Assembly (NCBI GenBank): GCA_963787375.1
Contig: CAWBCR010000011.1
Coordinates: 42,847-106,846, forward strand
Source of the DNA: an uncultured Chloroflexia bacterium
Lineage (GTDB): Bacteria; Chloroflexota; Anaerolineae; Aggregatilineales; UBA3940
Reading direction: 5' to 3'
DNA length: 64,000 nucleotides
Shown here: positions 20,479-29,950 of the stretch, piece by piece
How positions within the stretch are numbered: the first letter of the stretch is position 1
How the letters are laid out: each line of letters opens with the position of its first letter
The notes under the pieces: generated by a model
What the model was told of the DNA's origin: nothing
Database searches by the model: none
Seen by the model: the letters and a program-made list of their open reading frames with translations, nothing else
Position numbers and translations under genes: made by a program

Positions 20479-22184
20479 TGCTTAGTCGCATGGGCCGCCG
20501 CAGGCTGCCCGGCGGCGTGGGCCAACAGCGGCAGGCGAACCGGCGCGTCTGGCGCAGGCGGCACGCGGCTCATCGCGTACTCGGCCAGCGCGGTGATCGT
20601 CAGGCTGGGGTTGATGCCGGGATTGGCCGGCACAATCGAGCCGTCGACCACATACAGGCCGGGATAGTTGTGCACCTCGCAATTCAGGTCGACGACGCCC
20701 TCGTCCGCCGTGCGGCCAAACGTCACACCACCCAGGATGTGCGCCGTCGTCGGGATGTTGAGCAGGCTCTCGTTGAAGGCCCCCTGCGGTACGCCATTGG
20801 CCCGGGCGGCAAAGGCGCGGGTCACCCGGTGGCCAATGGGGATCTCAGCCTGGATGGGCTTCTTGTCGTCGCGCGTCGAGACCAGCCCGCGCCGTAACAA
20901 GGTCAGCAGGCTGCGGCCCGGGCGCAAGTGCATCAGCGTGTCCTCAGTCTGCATTACCAGCAGAATGGTGGTGCGCTCCGCCCAGCGCGCGAAGAACTTG
21001 GCGTGCAGGAAATCGGCGGGATGGCGCAGCGCGGCTCCCAGCACCTTGAGCACACGGACCAGCGCGCCGCTGCTACCGGCGTCGATCATCGGCGCGGCCA
21101 GCGTGCGCATGAACGACGACCCGGCAGGGTAGCGCACCGGCTCGATGGCCGTCACATCGTCGGCCTGAAACACCGACGTGATGGCGATTCCCTGTGAATA
21201 GTCGATGTCACGGCTGCGCGACGTCGCGCCGATCAGCGCCTCGTTATTGGTGCGCACCTCGTCGCCCAGGCGCGGGGAAATATTGGGCAGCGAACGGGTC
21301 TCGTCGCGGCAGTGGAACAGCAGGCGCAGCGTGCCCAGCACTCCTGCCGACACTACCACGCTGCGGGTGCGGAGCGTGCGCATGGGGTTGGACAACAGCG
21401 CCGTCGCGCTGCGGTAGACGACTTCGTAACGCGCGCCATCGGGCTGGCCTTCGGGCAGGGGGCGGATATCCTGCACATCGGCCTCGGCACGAATTTCCGC
21501 ACCCCATTTTTCAGCGAAGTACAGGTAGTTCTTGACGAGCGTGTTCTTGGCGTTATAGCGGCAGCCGACCATACAGCCACCGCACTGCGTGCAGCCCGCG
21601 CGGTCGGGGCCTGCGCCGCCAAAGAAGGGGTCGGGGATCGTCTCACCCTCGTGGCCCGGCTCGCCGAAGAAGACCGACACGTCGGCGGCACGAAACGTGC
21701 TGCCCATGCCCATCTCGCCCGCGACCTCGCGCAGCGTGCCGTCGGCGGGCCACAGGCGCGGGTTGGTCACCACGCCCAGCATGCGGCGGGCGGTCTCGTA
21801 GTGAGGCCGCAGGACGGCCCTCCAGTCGGCCAGCGCGCTCCAGCCCGGCGCGTCGAACAGCGCGTCCTCAGGCTCCATGAGAACGTTGGCGTACACCAGG
21901 CTGCCGCCGCCGACCCCGCTGCCGTGCAGCACCAGCACCCCGTTGAGCAGCGTAAGCTGCTGGATGCCAAAGCAGCGCAGCACGGGCAGCCACAGGTATT
22001 TGAAGATGTTCCAGTTGGTTTTGGCGAAGTCGTCGTCGTGCAGGCGCTTGCCGCGCTCCAGCACGGTGACGCGGTAGCCCTTTTCGGCGAGGCGCATCGC
22101 CGTGACGCTGCCGCCAAACCCGGAGCCGATCACCACGTAATCACACGCGGCGTTGGCCTGCTGCTCACGCTGGTCTGCTGTCAT
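20475..22184 (-). CDS. GMC oxidoreductase, cholesterol oxidase (ChoD)-like
   Basis: VIGSGFGGSV, GVGGGSLVYAN, CxxCGGCMVGC..NAKNTL, TAHILGG, NPSLTITALAE. Confidence 0.88.
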   Translation of the reverse strand: MTADQREQQANAACDYVVIGSGFGGSVTAMRLAEKGYRVTVLERGKRLHDDDFAKTNWNIFKYLWLPVLRCFGIQQLTLLNGVLVLHGSGVGGGSLVYANVLMEPEDALFDAPGWSALADWRAVLRPHYETARRMLGVVTNPRLWPADGTLREVAGEMGMGSTFRAADVSVFFGEPGHEGETIPDPFFGGAGPDRAGCTQCGGCMVGCRYNAKNTLVKNYLYFAEKWGAEIRAEADVQDIRPLPEGQPDGARYEVVYRSATALLSNPMRTLRTRSVVVSAGVLGTLRLLFHCRDETRSLPNISPRLGDEVRTNNEALIGATSRSRDIDYSQGIAITSVFQADDVTAIEPVRYPAGSSFMRTLAAPMIDAGSSGALVRVLKVLGAALRHPADFLHAKFFARWAERTTILLVMQTEDTLMHLRPGRSLLTLLRRGLVSTRDDKKPIQAEIPIGHRVTRAFAARANGVPQGAFNESLLNIPTTAHILGGVTFGRTADEGVVDLNCEVHNYPGLYVVDGSIVPANPGINPSLTITALAEYAMSRVPPAPDAPVRLPLLAHAAGQPAAAHATKH

Positions 22185-22360
22185 ATCGGCACCCGCCTCC
22201 TGGCGACGCCCGCCGGTCTCGACGCCGGCAGTTGGTTCTACGCCTAGTCTAGCCGCGCACGGTGGGCTTGTCCAGCGGGGGGCGCGGATCGCATTTCGTA
22301 ACGCAGTTCTGGGACCATTTCAGGACATTTGGTGTGTGACAAAAAGCGCCTGAAAGACCA

Positions 22361-22388
22361 TTGACGTATCGAGGCAACGTGCTATAAT
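22361..22388 (+). promoter_or_regulatory. sigma70 promoter of the cysteine-synthesis operon
   Basis: TTGACG-16 bp-TATAAT. Confidence 0.75.
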
Positions 22389-22422
22389 CATTTTGACGAA
22401 AGTGATATAGTTTATCTGTTGG

Positions 22423-22497
22423 ATGATATTTGTGATGATACCTTACACCTGCACATGTCTTGAGCGGGGGCGCTGTTACCCTCGCACGAGGTGCTGA
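22423..22497 (+). CDS. Cys-rich leader peptide MIFVMIPYTCTCLERGRCYPRTRC (alternative starts 22432/22435)
   Basis: Four Cys codons in 24, between the promoter and cysM, overlapping the antiterminator arm. Confidence 0.75.
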   Translation: MIFVMIPYTCTCLERGRCYPRTRC

Positions 22498-22596
22498 CCG
22501 AACCACACCCGTCGCTAGTTGACCTCCGAGGGCAACACCGTCTCCGCCATTGCAGAACCCTGTTCTGCGGCCCGGCGAAGTGAGTGTGCCCTTTTT
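22464..22596 (+). promoter_or_regulatory. Transcription attenuator (antiterminator versus terminator)
   Basis: 22464-22484 pairs with 22527-22547 (19 of 21 positions, counting G-U). Alternatively GGGCAACAC (22530-38) pairs with GTGTGCCC (22584-91), followed by TTTTT. Confidence 0.7.
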
Positions 22597-22730
22597 GCTG
22601 CCCCTTTGCTGTGCCGCACGTGAGCCTTAAGCACGCCAATCTGCAAAACAGGCCCGTGATAAAGCACCCGGCCAACCCACACGCCACAAGCGCGCTGCCG
22701 GACATGCTCACGGGATAGCAAGGGAACCTG

Positions 22731-23714
22731 ATGACCAACCTGACCAACTCTCTCACCCGCGCGCACCCGGCCCTTGCCAACTCCGCGCCGGGCATCACCT
22801 ACCGACCGGGCAGCGCCGTCGACACGCTGGTCGGCAACACGCCGCTGCTGGCGTTCCGCCGCGTGACAGCAGGCCTGTCGCCGCGTGTCAGGCTGCTGGC
22901 TAAAGCCGAATGGGCCAACCCTGGCGGCTCGGTGAAAGATCGCCCCGCGCTGAACATCATCCGGCAGGCCGAGCGGCGCGGCGACCTGCGGCCCGGCATG
23001 ACGCTGCTCGACAGCACGTCGGGCAACATGGGCATCGCCTACGCGATGTTGTGCCGGGCGCTGGGCTACGCCGTGAAGCTGGTCGTGCCGGCCAACGCCA
23101 GCCCGGAGCGGCTGGCAACGCTGCGTGCGTATGGCGTCGACCTGACGCTGAGCGACCCCGCCGAGGGCACTGACGGCGCGATCCGGCTGGTGCACGATCT
23201 TTACGCAGCCGAGCCGGGTCGCTATTTCTTCGCCGATCAGTACAATAACCCGGACAACTGGCAGGCACACTATTTCAGCACCGGCGTCGAGATCTGGGAA
23301 CAGACCGGCGGGCAGGTGACGCATTTCGTGGCCGGGATCGGCACCAGCGGGACGCTGATGGGGGTCGGGCGGCGTCTGAAGGCCTATGATCCGTCGGTTC
23401 GACTGCTGGCCGTACAGCCTGACGCGGCGTTCAACGGCCTGGAAGGGCTGAAATACATGCCAACGGCCATCGTGCCCGGCATCTACGACGCCTCGCTGCC
23501 CGACGAGATCGTGCCGGTGCAAACCGAGGACGCCTACGCCATGTGCCGCCGGCTGGCCCGCGAAGAAGGCGTGCTGGTAGGCGTCTCGGCGGGGGCGGCG
23601 ATGGTCGCCGCGCTGGCGCTGGCCAAATCGCTCGACGAGGGCGTGGTCGTCACGCTGCTGCCGGATGGCGCGTCGAAGTACCTGAGCGAACCATTCTGGA
23701 CCGAGGGAGACTGA
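22731..23714 (+). CDS. cysM: PLP-dependent cysteine synthase (CysM-type)
   Basis: VGNTPL, NPGGSVKDR, TSGNMG, GIGTSGT, EGLK; operon context with mec, cysO and moeZ. Confidence 0.88.
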   Translation: MTNLTNSLTRAHPALANSAPGITYRPGSAVDTLVGNTPLLAFRRVTAGLSPRVRLLAKAEWANPGGSVKDRPALNIIRQAERRGDLRPGMTLLDSTSGNMGIAYAMLCRALGYAVKLVVPANASPERLATLRAYGVDLTLSDPAEGTDGAIRLVHDLYAAEPGRYFFADQYNNPDNWQAHYFSTGVEIWEQTGGQVTHFVAGIGTSGTLMGVGRRLKAYDPSVRLLAVQPDAAFNGLEGLKYMPTAIVPGIYDASLPDEIVPVQTEDAYAMCRRLAREEGVLVGVSAGAAMVAALALAKSLDEGVVVTLLPDGASKYLSEPFWTEGD

Positions 23715-23720
23715 ACGCCG

Positions 23721-24167
23721 ATGAGCATTGTCCTGATCGCACCTGAGCACCTGCAAGCCATCGAGGCGCACGGCATGGCGACCTATCCCAATGAAGGGGC
23801 AGGCTTCATGCTGGGGCGTGTCGACGGCGACACGTGGCTCATCGCGGCGCTGCTGCCCATCGACAACCGGCGCGAGCTCGAAGCACAGCACAACCGCTTC
23901 GAGCTAAGCCCAAGGGACTTCATGCAGGCCGAGGCCGAGGCGGACCGGCGCGGGCTGGACCTGATCGGCGTGTTTCACTCGCATCCCGATCACCCAGCAG
24001 AGCCGAGCGCGTTTGACCGCGACCACGCACTGCCCAACTTCAGCTATCTGATCACGTCGGTGCAGAAAGGGCAGGCGCAGGTCACCCGCGCCTGGCGGCT
24101 CAATCCGGACCGTTCTGCATTCGACGAAGACACACTGGAAATGACCGAGCACACAGGAGAAGCGTAA
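23721..24167 (+). CDS. mec: JAB/M67 metallopeptidase (Mec-like CysO-Cys peptidase)
   Basis: YPNE, FHSHPDHPAEPSAFD (JAMM motif). Confidence 0.88.
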   Translation: MSIVLIAPEHLQAIEAHGMATYPNEGAGFMLGRVDGDTWLIAALLPIDNRRELEAQHNRFELSPRDFMQAEAEADRRGLDLIGVFHSHPDHPAEPSAFDRDHALPNFSYLITSVQKGQAQVTRAWRLNPDRSAFDEDTLEMTEHTGEA

Positions 24168-24170
24168 GCA

Positions 24171-24905
24171 ATGGCAAGTATCCGGATACCTACCCCGCTG
24201 CGGGCCTACACCGGCGGCAGCGACACGATAGACGTCAGGGGCGACACGGTCGGGCAGGCGCTCGACGACCTGGTACGGCAGCACCCCGACCTCAGGCAGC
24301 ACCTGTTCAAGGACAGCACATTGCGCAGCTTCGTCAACATCTACGTGGGCGAGGACGACATCCGCTACCTAGACGGCGTCGATACGGCCATCACGCCGGA
24401 AACGCGGCTGTTGCTGGTACCATCGGTGGCGGGCGGCTCGCAGGAGGGGCTGCGCCAGGTGGACCATTCGGCGCTGCGCACCAACCAGGCATTCATCATC
24501 GGCTTTCTGCTGGCGGCCTTCGTGGTGAACAGCGCGGCGCTGGTCGCGTTCGTCGCCGCCGTGATGCTGGTCGGGACACTTTGGCCCGCGCTGGGGCTGT
24601 TCAAGCGCATCTACCGCCACGTGCTGAGGCCGTTGGGGATCGTGCGGCCCGACGTGATCCGCGACAATCCGGAGCCGCACCGCTTCGCACAGGGGCTGGG
24701 CGGGACGTTCCTGGTGGCGGGGCTGGCGGCGCTGCTGGCCGGCGTGCCGGTAGCAGGCTGGGCACTGGTGTGGGTCGTGATCGGGCTGGCGGCGCTCAAC
24801 CTGTTCGCCGGGTTCTGCGCGGGATGCTTCGTCTACTACCAGCTTAACCGGCTGGGCGTACCCGGCTTTGGCGTGAGCCGTATTGAGCGAGGTGAGCGTC
24901 TGTGA
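24171..24905 (+). CDS. MoaD/CysO-like sulfur carrier fused to a DUF4395 membrane domain
   Basis: IRIPTPLRAYTGG..FVNIYVG.DDIRYL..VPSVAGG continues in frame into VDHSALRTNQ..PHRFAQG..FCAGC. Confidence 0.85.
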   Translation: MASIRIPTPLRAYTGGSDTIDVRGDTVGQALDDLVRQHPDLRQHLFKDSTLRSFVNIYVGEDDIRYLDGVDTAITPETRLLLVPSVAGGSQEGLRQVDHSALRTNQAFIIGFLLAAFVVNSAALVAFVAAVMLVGTLWPALGLFKRIYRHVLRPLGIVRPDVIRDNPEPHRFAQGLGGTFLVAGLAALLAGVPVAGWALVWVVIGLAALNLFAGFCAGCFVYYQLNRLGVPGFGVSRIERGERL

Positions 24906-25354
24906 TCGAACGCGCGCTGATCGCCGCGCTGCTGATTGGGCTGGGCTTCGGGGCGGTGGTGCTGGGCTCGCGCTGGCAGGCCCGCCGTACGGGCCGCACC
25001 CGGCGCGGCGATGCGATTCTCGACGCGCTGCGTCCTGGCGTTCCAGCGGTGGTCTATTTCTGGTCCGAGACGTGCGCGCCATGCAAGACGGTCCAGAAGC
25101 CAGCGCTGGAACAGCTCCAGGCCGAGATGGGCCCCGATGGCGTGCAGGTGTACGCCATCAACGCGGTCGAACGGCCCGACCTAGCCGACGGCTGGGGCGT
25201 GTTGAGCCTGCCGACGACGTTCATCGTCGACGCAGGCCGGACGCCGCGCCGGGTGAATCACGGCGTGGCGCGCGCCGAACAGCTCAAGCGGCAGATCGCC
25301 GCCGTAGCGAATTGCGGCGACGTGAGCGTGGGTGGCGGGGAGCCATCGGCATGA
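24902..25354 (+). CDS. Membrane-anchored thioredoxin-like protein
   Basis: N-terminal TM; YFWSETCAPC; LSLPTTFI. Confidence 0.85.
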   Translation: MIERALIAALLIGLGFGAVVLGSRWQARRTGRTRRGDAILDALRPGVPAVVYFWSETCAPCKTVQKPALEQLQAEMGPDGVQVYAINAVERPDLADGWGVLSLPTTFIVDAGRTPRRVNHGVARAEQLKRQIAAVANCGDVSVGGGEPSA

Positions 25355-25513
25355 CAGCCACAGAAATAGATTTGCCAGCAGCTACGACCGGCAATCAATT
25401 GCCGGCCTATAGCGCGGGCTCGCTGCGCTCACCTGCGGATAAGTCGGTTAGAAACCGACTCAAATGCGCGCACAATTCCCGTGCTTAGCGTGATACATAG
25501 AGGATAAATCAGC

Positions 25514-26710
25514 ATGACAGTCTCTCAACACATCGCCCCGGAGGCAATCAACCTCTCACATGACGAAATCAAGCGCTACAGCCGGCACCTGATCATGCCC
25601 GAAGTGGGCATGGCCGGGCAGCGCAAGCTAAAGGCGGCCAGCGTGCTGCTGATCGGCGCGGGCGGGCTGGGCTCGCCGCTGGCGATGTACCTGGCCGCGG
25701 CAGGCGTGGGGCGCATCGGGCTGGTCGACTACGACACGGTCGATGCGTCAAACCTCCAGCGGCAGGTGATCCACGGCACGAAGGACATCGGGCGGTCCAA
25801 GCTGGAAAGCGCCAAGGCACGCATCACGGACATCAACCCCTACGTGCAGGTCGACACCTACGCCGCACCGCTGACCTCCGACAACGCGCTGGAGGTGCTG
25901 GCACCGTACGACGTGATCGTCGACGGCACCGACAATTTCCCGACGCGCTACCTGGTCAACGACGCGTGCGTGATGCTGGGCAAGCCAAACGTGTATGGCA
26001 GCATCTTCCGCTTCGAGGGGCAGGCCAGCGTGTTCGACGCGACGCAGGGACCATGCTACCGCTGCCTGTTCCCCGCGCCGCCGCCGCCCGGCCTGGTGCC
26101 AAGCTGCGCCGAAGGCGGCGTGCTGGGCGTGCTGCCCGGCACAATCGGGGCCATCCAGGCGACAGAGACGATCAAGCTGATCCTGGGCACGGGCGAGACG
26201 CTGATGGGACGGCTACTGCTATACGACGCGCTGAAGATGAGCTTCGAGTTTGTGAAACTGCGCAAGAACCCGGACTGCCCGGTGTGCGGCGAGCACCCGA
26301 CGCTGACCGAGCTGATCGACTACGAGCAGTTCTGCGGGATGCCGGGCCACGACCACAGCGCCTTCCACAGCGACAACGAGGCGATAGTGCCGACCATCAG
26401 CGTTAAGGAAGTCAAGCGCAAGCTCAACTCCGGCGAAGACTTCGTGCTGCTCGACGTGCGCGAGCCGCACGAGTGGCAGATCTCAAACATCGACACACCG
26501 CTGACGGTGCACATCCCCAAGGGGCAGATCCTTGAGCAGCTCGGCAAGCTGGACACCGCCCATGAGATCGTGGTGTACTGCAAGACGGGCGGGCGCTCGG
26601 CAGACGTGGTCGCCACGCTGAAAGAGCACGGCTACACGCATCTCAAGAACATGGCGGGCGGGATCAACGCGTGGGCCACGCAGGTGGACCCGGAGCTGCC
26701 GACGTACTGA
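25514..26710 (+). CDS. moeZ: MoeB/MoeZ E1-like adenylyltransferase with C-terminal rhodanese
   Basis: RYSRH, GAGGLGSP, SNLQRQ, DGTDNFPTRYL, CYRC, LDVREPHE, YCKTGGRS. Confidence 0.92.
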   Translation: MTVSQHIAPEAINLSHDEIKRYSRHLIMPEVGMAGQRKLKAASVLLIGAGGLGSPLAMYLAAAGVGRIGLVDYDTVDASNLQRQVIHGTKDIGRSKLESAKARITDINPYVQVDTYAAPLTSDNALEVLAPYDVIVDGTDNFPTRYLVNDACVMLGKPNVYGSIFRFEGQASVFDATQGPCYRCLFPAPPPPGLVPSCAEGGVLGVLPGTIGAIQATETIKLILGTGETLMGRLLLYDALKMSFEFVKLRKNPDCPVCGEHPTLTELIDYEQFCGMPGHDHSAFHSDNEAIVPTISVKEVKRKLNSGEDFVLLDVREPHEWQISNIDTPLTVHIPKGQILEQLGKLDTAHEIVVYCKTGGRSADVVATLKEHGYTHLKNMAGGINAWATQVDPELPTY

Positions 26711-26712
26711 CA

Positions 26713-26773
26713 GCAGGGGCAGGGACAATACAAGAGGGCAGGTGCAAAGGGCAGGGACAAGCCCTGCCCCTAC
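26713..26773 (-). repeat. GTAG-type REP-like palindrome with a degenerate inverted partner
   Basis: Minus strand GTAGGGGCAGGGCTTGTCCCTGCCC (26749-26773); plus strand GCAGGGGCAGGG at 26713. Confidence 0.6.
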
Positions 26774-26796
26774 AGAACCCATCGGATGATGGTACG

Positions 26797-27609
26797 CTAC
26801 AGATCGAGGGTCCACACAGGGGCGCTAGGCCCTAGAACCTCGAAGCCCAGGCGATGGTAGAGCCGCTGCGAGCGAAGGTTGTCCGCCTGGGTATTGACGG
26901 TAATCAGGCTGATGCTGCGCTGCTGGAAAAAGCGCAGCATCCCGCCGACAAGCAGCGCACCCAGCCCGCGCCCCTGTAGTTCAGGCAGCACGGCCAGCCG
27001 CGCCAGGTGGCCGGTCCCATCGTGGCGGGTGCTGAGCTGGTAGCCAATGGGCTGCCCATCCTGTTCAAGCAGGGTGAAGGTGGCGGACTGCGACGCTGCC
27101 ACTTCGAGCGTTGCCTTGCTGTACTGCCACAGCGGCTCAAACGACGCCGCATCGATGCGCTCCACGACGTCGAGGTCGGCGGCAGATACCTCGCGGATGG
27201 CATACGGTGAAGCCGGATCGGGTGGGACCTCGCCGCGCACGCGGCGCAGCGTTATGACCGCCGTCGCCTCGACAAACCCCCACCGTGCCGCCAGCGCGCC
27301 AACCCACGGCTCAATGAACAACAAAGCCACCTGCCGGACGCTGCGCGCGCGCAGATCATCGCGCAGCGCCTGCCACAGCTCGTCCAGTGCGCGATCAGAG
27401 CCGAGGATCGACGGCGGCACCAGGAAGCGCAGCCAAGCGATACACGCGCCGGGCGCGTTCAGCGGCTGGTGAACCGTCGCACCGGCCAGCGCGTGGATCG
27501 CACCGTTCTTGTGCAGCACGCGGCAGCACAGGTTGGGGTCTGACAGCCAGTCTTCGAGGCTGCGCCAGTCGAGGTGCTTGTGCTGCCGGACGGCGCGCCG
27601 GAAGAGCAT
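26797..27609 (-). CDS. GNAT N-acetyltransferase (RimI-like C-domain); true start possibly ~27685
   Basis: HLARLAVLPELQGRGLG; VNTQADN..SQRLY.RLGF. Confidence 0.85.
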   Translation of the reverse strand: MLFRRAVRQHKHLDWRSLEDWLSDPNLCCRVLHKNGAIHALAGATVHQPLNAPGACIAWLRFLVPPSILGSDRALDELWQALRDDLRARSVRQVALLFIEPWVGALAARWGFVEATAVITLRRVRGEVPPDPASPYAIREVSAADLDVVERIDAASFEPLWQYSKATLEVAASQSATFTLLEQDGQPIGYQLSTRHDGTGHLARLAVLPELQGRGLGALLVGGMLRFFQQRSISLITVNTQADNLRSQRLYHRLGFEVLGPSAPVWTLDL

Positions 27610-27754
27610 CAGGGCCTTCTGGTGATCGGCGGGTGTGAGGGAAACAGGGGACGGGCCGGGTGCAGTCAGGCTGTTCGTACGTCACCACCTTGCGAGAAAG
27701 CCACACAATCGCCTTTATGGTACTCCACATGGCGCGCCATGCCAGCAGGCGGCG

Positions 27755-28723
27755 CTACGAAGTCGAATCCGCAGCAGGCGGTGGGCCGCCGCGATCCAGC
27801 GCCAGTCGCCACGCGTCACGGTCGAACGGCCAGGTGCGCACCGCCTCCCAGCCCAGCGCCTGAGACAGCTCGGCGGCGGAGCCGCCCCAGCTTTCCAGAC
27901 GATGCGCCCATTCAACCAGGTTCGCCGCGCGGTGCCGCTGGCGAGCAGCAAGCCCCATCTGCCCATAGCGCAGCGCGATAGCGTCGCCGGCCTCGTCGGC
28001 GTCGGTTGTCTCCGCGCCGTGTGCCGCGCGCTCGTCGGCGAGGCGGCAGGCCAGCGCCACGAAATCGCGGTACGCATCCGCCTGCTCGACACAGGGACGG
28101 GATGCGCGAAAAGTGGTGGTGACCAGCGGGCTGGTCACAGCAGCCAGTTTGTGCGAATCGGCCAGCCGCAGCCACAGGTCAAGGTCGGCGGCGTGGCGCA
28201 GCGACTGCCGACAGCCGCCCAGCGCCATCACGGCCTCGCGACGCAGCATCATCATGCCGGGCAGGGCACAGTCCGACTGCCGCAGCGCGCTGACCAGCGC
28301 CGCGTGGCGGGTGGGATGCAACTCGCTGCGCAGCGCGCGCCCGCCCCTGTCGACCCACTCCACGCCACAGACGACCGCTGCCGCGTCCTTGCGGCGCGCC
28401 AGCAGCGCGGCCTGCTTCTCCAGCCGCTGCGGCGCAGACACGTCGCCCGCTCCCTGCCCGGCGATGATTTCGCCCGAAGCCCATTGCAGCGCGAGGTTCA
28501 GCGAGGCGGCCCGGCCCTGTGGCTTGAGATTGCGATGCACCCGCATACGGGCGCGCTGCGCCGCTGAGATCACGTCCCAACTGCGGTCGGTCGAGCCATC
28601 GTCGATGACGATCAGCTCGAAGTCCTGGAGCGTCTGCTGCGCCAGGCTGTCGAAGGCCCGCGCGAGGGTCTCGGCGTGGTTGTGGACCGTCATGATGACG
28701 GTGATCGTCGGTGCATCTGGCAC
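27755..28723 (-). CDS. Glycosyltransferase family 2
   Basis: TVIMTVHN, QTLQDFELIVIDDGSTD, RLEKQ, DLDLWLRL. Confidence 0.85.
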   Translation of the reverse strand: MPDAPTITVIMTVHNHAETLARAFDSLAQQTLQDFELIVIDDGSTDRSWDVISAAQRARMRVHRNLKPQGRAASLNLALQWASGEIIAGQGAGDVSAPQRLEKQAALLARRKDAAAVVCGVEWVDRGGRALRSELHPTRHAALVSALRQSDCALPGMMMLRREAVMALGGCRQSLRHAADLDLWLRLADSHKLAAVTSPLVTTTFRASRPCVEQADAYRDFVALACRLADERAAHGAETTDADEAGDAIALRYGQMGLAARQRHRAANLVEWAHRLESWGGSAAELSQALGWEAVRTWPFDRDAWRLALDRGGPPPAADSTS

Positions 28724-28727
28724 TGGT

Positions 28728-29837
28728 CTACCCTGCCTGGCCGGGAAATTCCATCGCAAGCTGGCCACTCTCACCGCGCAGGGCGGCGATGATCTTCTGG
28801 TCGGTGGATGGGAACGCGTAGGCATCCATCTCGTCGAGCGTCACCCACGCCCAGTTGGCGCACTCAATGGCCCGCGGCTCGCCGCTGAGATAATCGCAGT
28901 CGAAGACGTACAGCGTAATGCGGAAATGGGTGTAGGCGTGCTTAAAGGCCAGCAACTGCCCACCGACCGCAATCTCAATGCCCAGCTCCTCGCGTATCTC
29001 GCGGCGCAGGCAGTCGGCCAGCGTTTCGCCCGGCTCGACCTTGCCGCCGGGGAACTCCCACAGCCCACCCAGCAGCCGGTCGGGCAGGCGCTGGGCGATC
29101 AGCACCCGCCCGTCGGGGTGGCGGATAACGCCCGCCGCCACATCGTAGTGCGGGGTGCGCGCCTTGCGCGTTTTGACGGGACGATCCTCCTGCGTGCCGT
29201 GTGCCAGCGACTTACAGCCTTCGGCGACCGGGCAGGCGTCGCAGCGCGGCACGCGTGGGGTGCAGATGCGCCGGCCCAGTTCCATCAGGCCCTCATTCCA
29301 GGCTGCCGCACGCCCAGCCGGGAGAATATCAGCGACCAGCGCCCACAGATCGCGCCTAACGGCGGGCCGGGTCACGTCACCATCGAGGTCGAACAGCCGA
29401 GTGAGGATGCGGATCACGTTGCCGTCGAGCAGCGGCACATCAAGCCCGAAGGCCAGACTGCCGACCGCGCCCGCCGTGTAGGGTCCGACGCCGGGCAGCC
29501 GCCGCAGATCGTCGACATCAGGCGGGAACTGCCCGCCGAACTCGTCGACGACCACCCGAGCGGCGCGGTGCAGGTTGCGGGCGCGGCTGTAGTAGCCCAG
29601 CCCTTCCCACAGCTTGAGCACATCGTCCAGCGGGGCGGCAGCCAGCGCGCTAACGGTCGGGAAGCGCGCGAGAAAGCGCTCGTAGTACGGGATCACGGTA
29701 GCGACCTGCGTCTGCTGGAGCATGATCTCAGACAGCCAGATCGCATACGGATCGGCGGAGCGCCGCCAGGGCAGGTCCTCTTTTTCGGCCTCAAACCAGG
29801 AGATGAGGGCGTTGTGCAGGGCATCGATGTCGGTCAT
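28728..29837 (-). CDS. mutY: A/G-specific adenine glycosylase with C-terminal Nudix domain
   Basis: LPWR, SEIMLQQTQV, GLGYYSRARNL, LPGVGPYTA, 4Fe-4S Cys cluster, GLWEFPGG. Confidence 0.95.
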   Translation of the reverse strand: MTDIDALHNALISWFEAEKEDLPWRRSADPYAIWLSEIMLQQTQVATVIPYYERFLARFPTVSALAAAPLDDVLKLWEGLGYYSRARNLHRAARVVVDEFGGQFPPDVDDLRRLPGVGPYTAGAVGSLAFGLDVPLLDGNVIRILTRLFDLDGDVTRPAVRRDLWALVADILPAGRAAAWNEGLMELGRRICTPRVPRCDACPVAEGCKSLAHGTQEDRPVKTRKARTPHYDVAAGVIRHPDGRVLIAQRLPDRLLGGLWEFPGGKVEPGETLADCLRREIREELGIEIAVGGQLLAFKHAYTHFRITLYVFDCDYLSGEPRAIECANWAWVTLDEMDAYAFPSTDQKIIAALRGESGQLAMEFPGQAG

Positions 29838-29950
29838 AACGGCGCTGATCATACCGCAGCGGCGGCGTCTGTAACAATCGTCACCACGCGGGGCGCGCTG
29901 GCCTTCGCCGACGGCTGTGGTGTATACTGTTCGACAACCCGGAGCCACAT

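Noticed and set aside
22451..22591. Long hairpin as 6S RNA, SRP RNA, T-box or SAM riboswitch
   Set aside because: None of their signature motifs is present. The uORF plus alternative terminator explains the pairing better.
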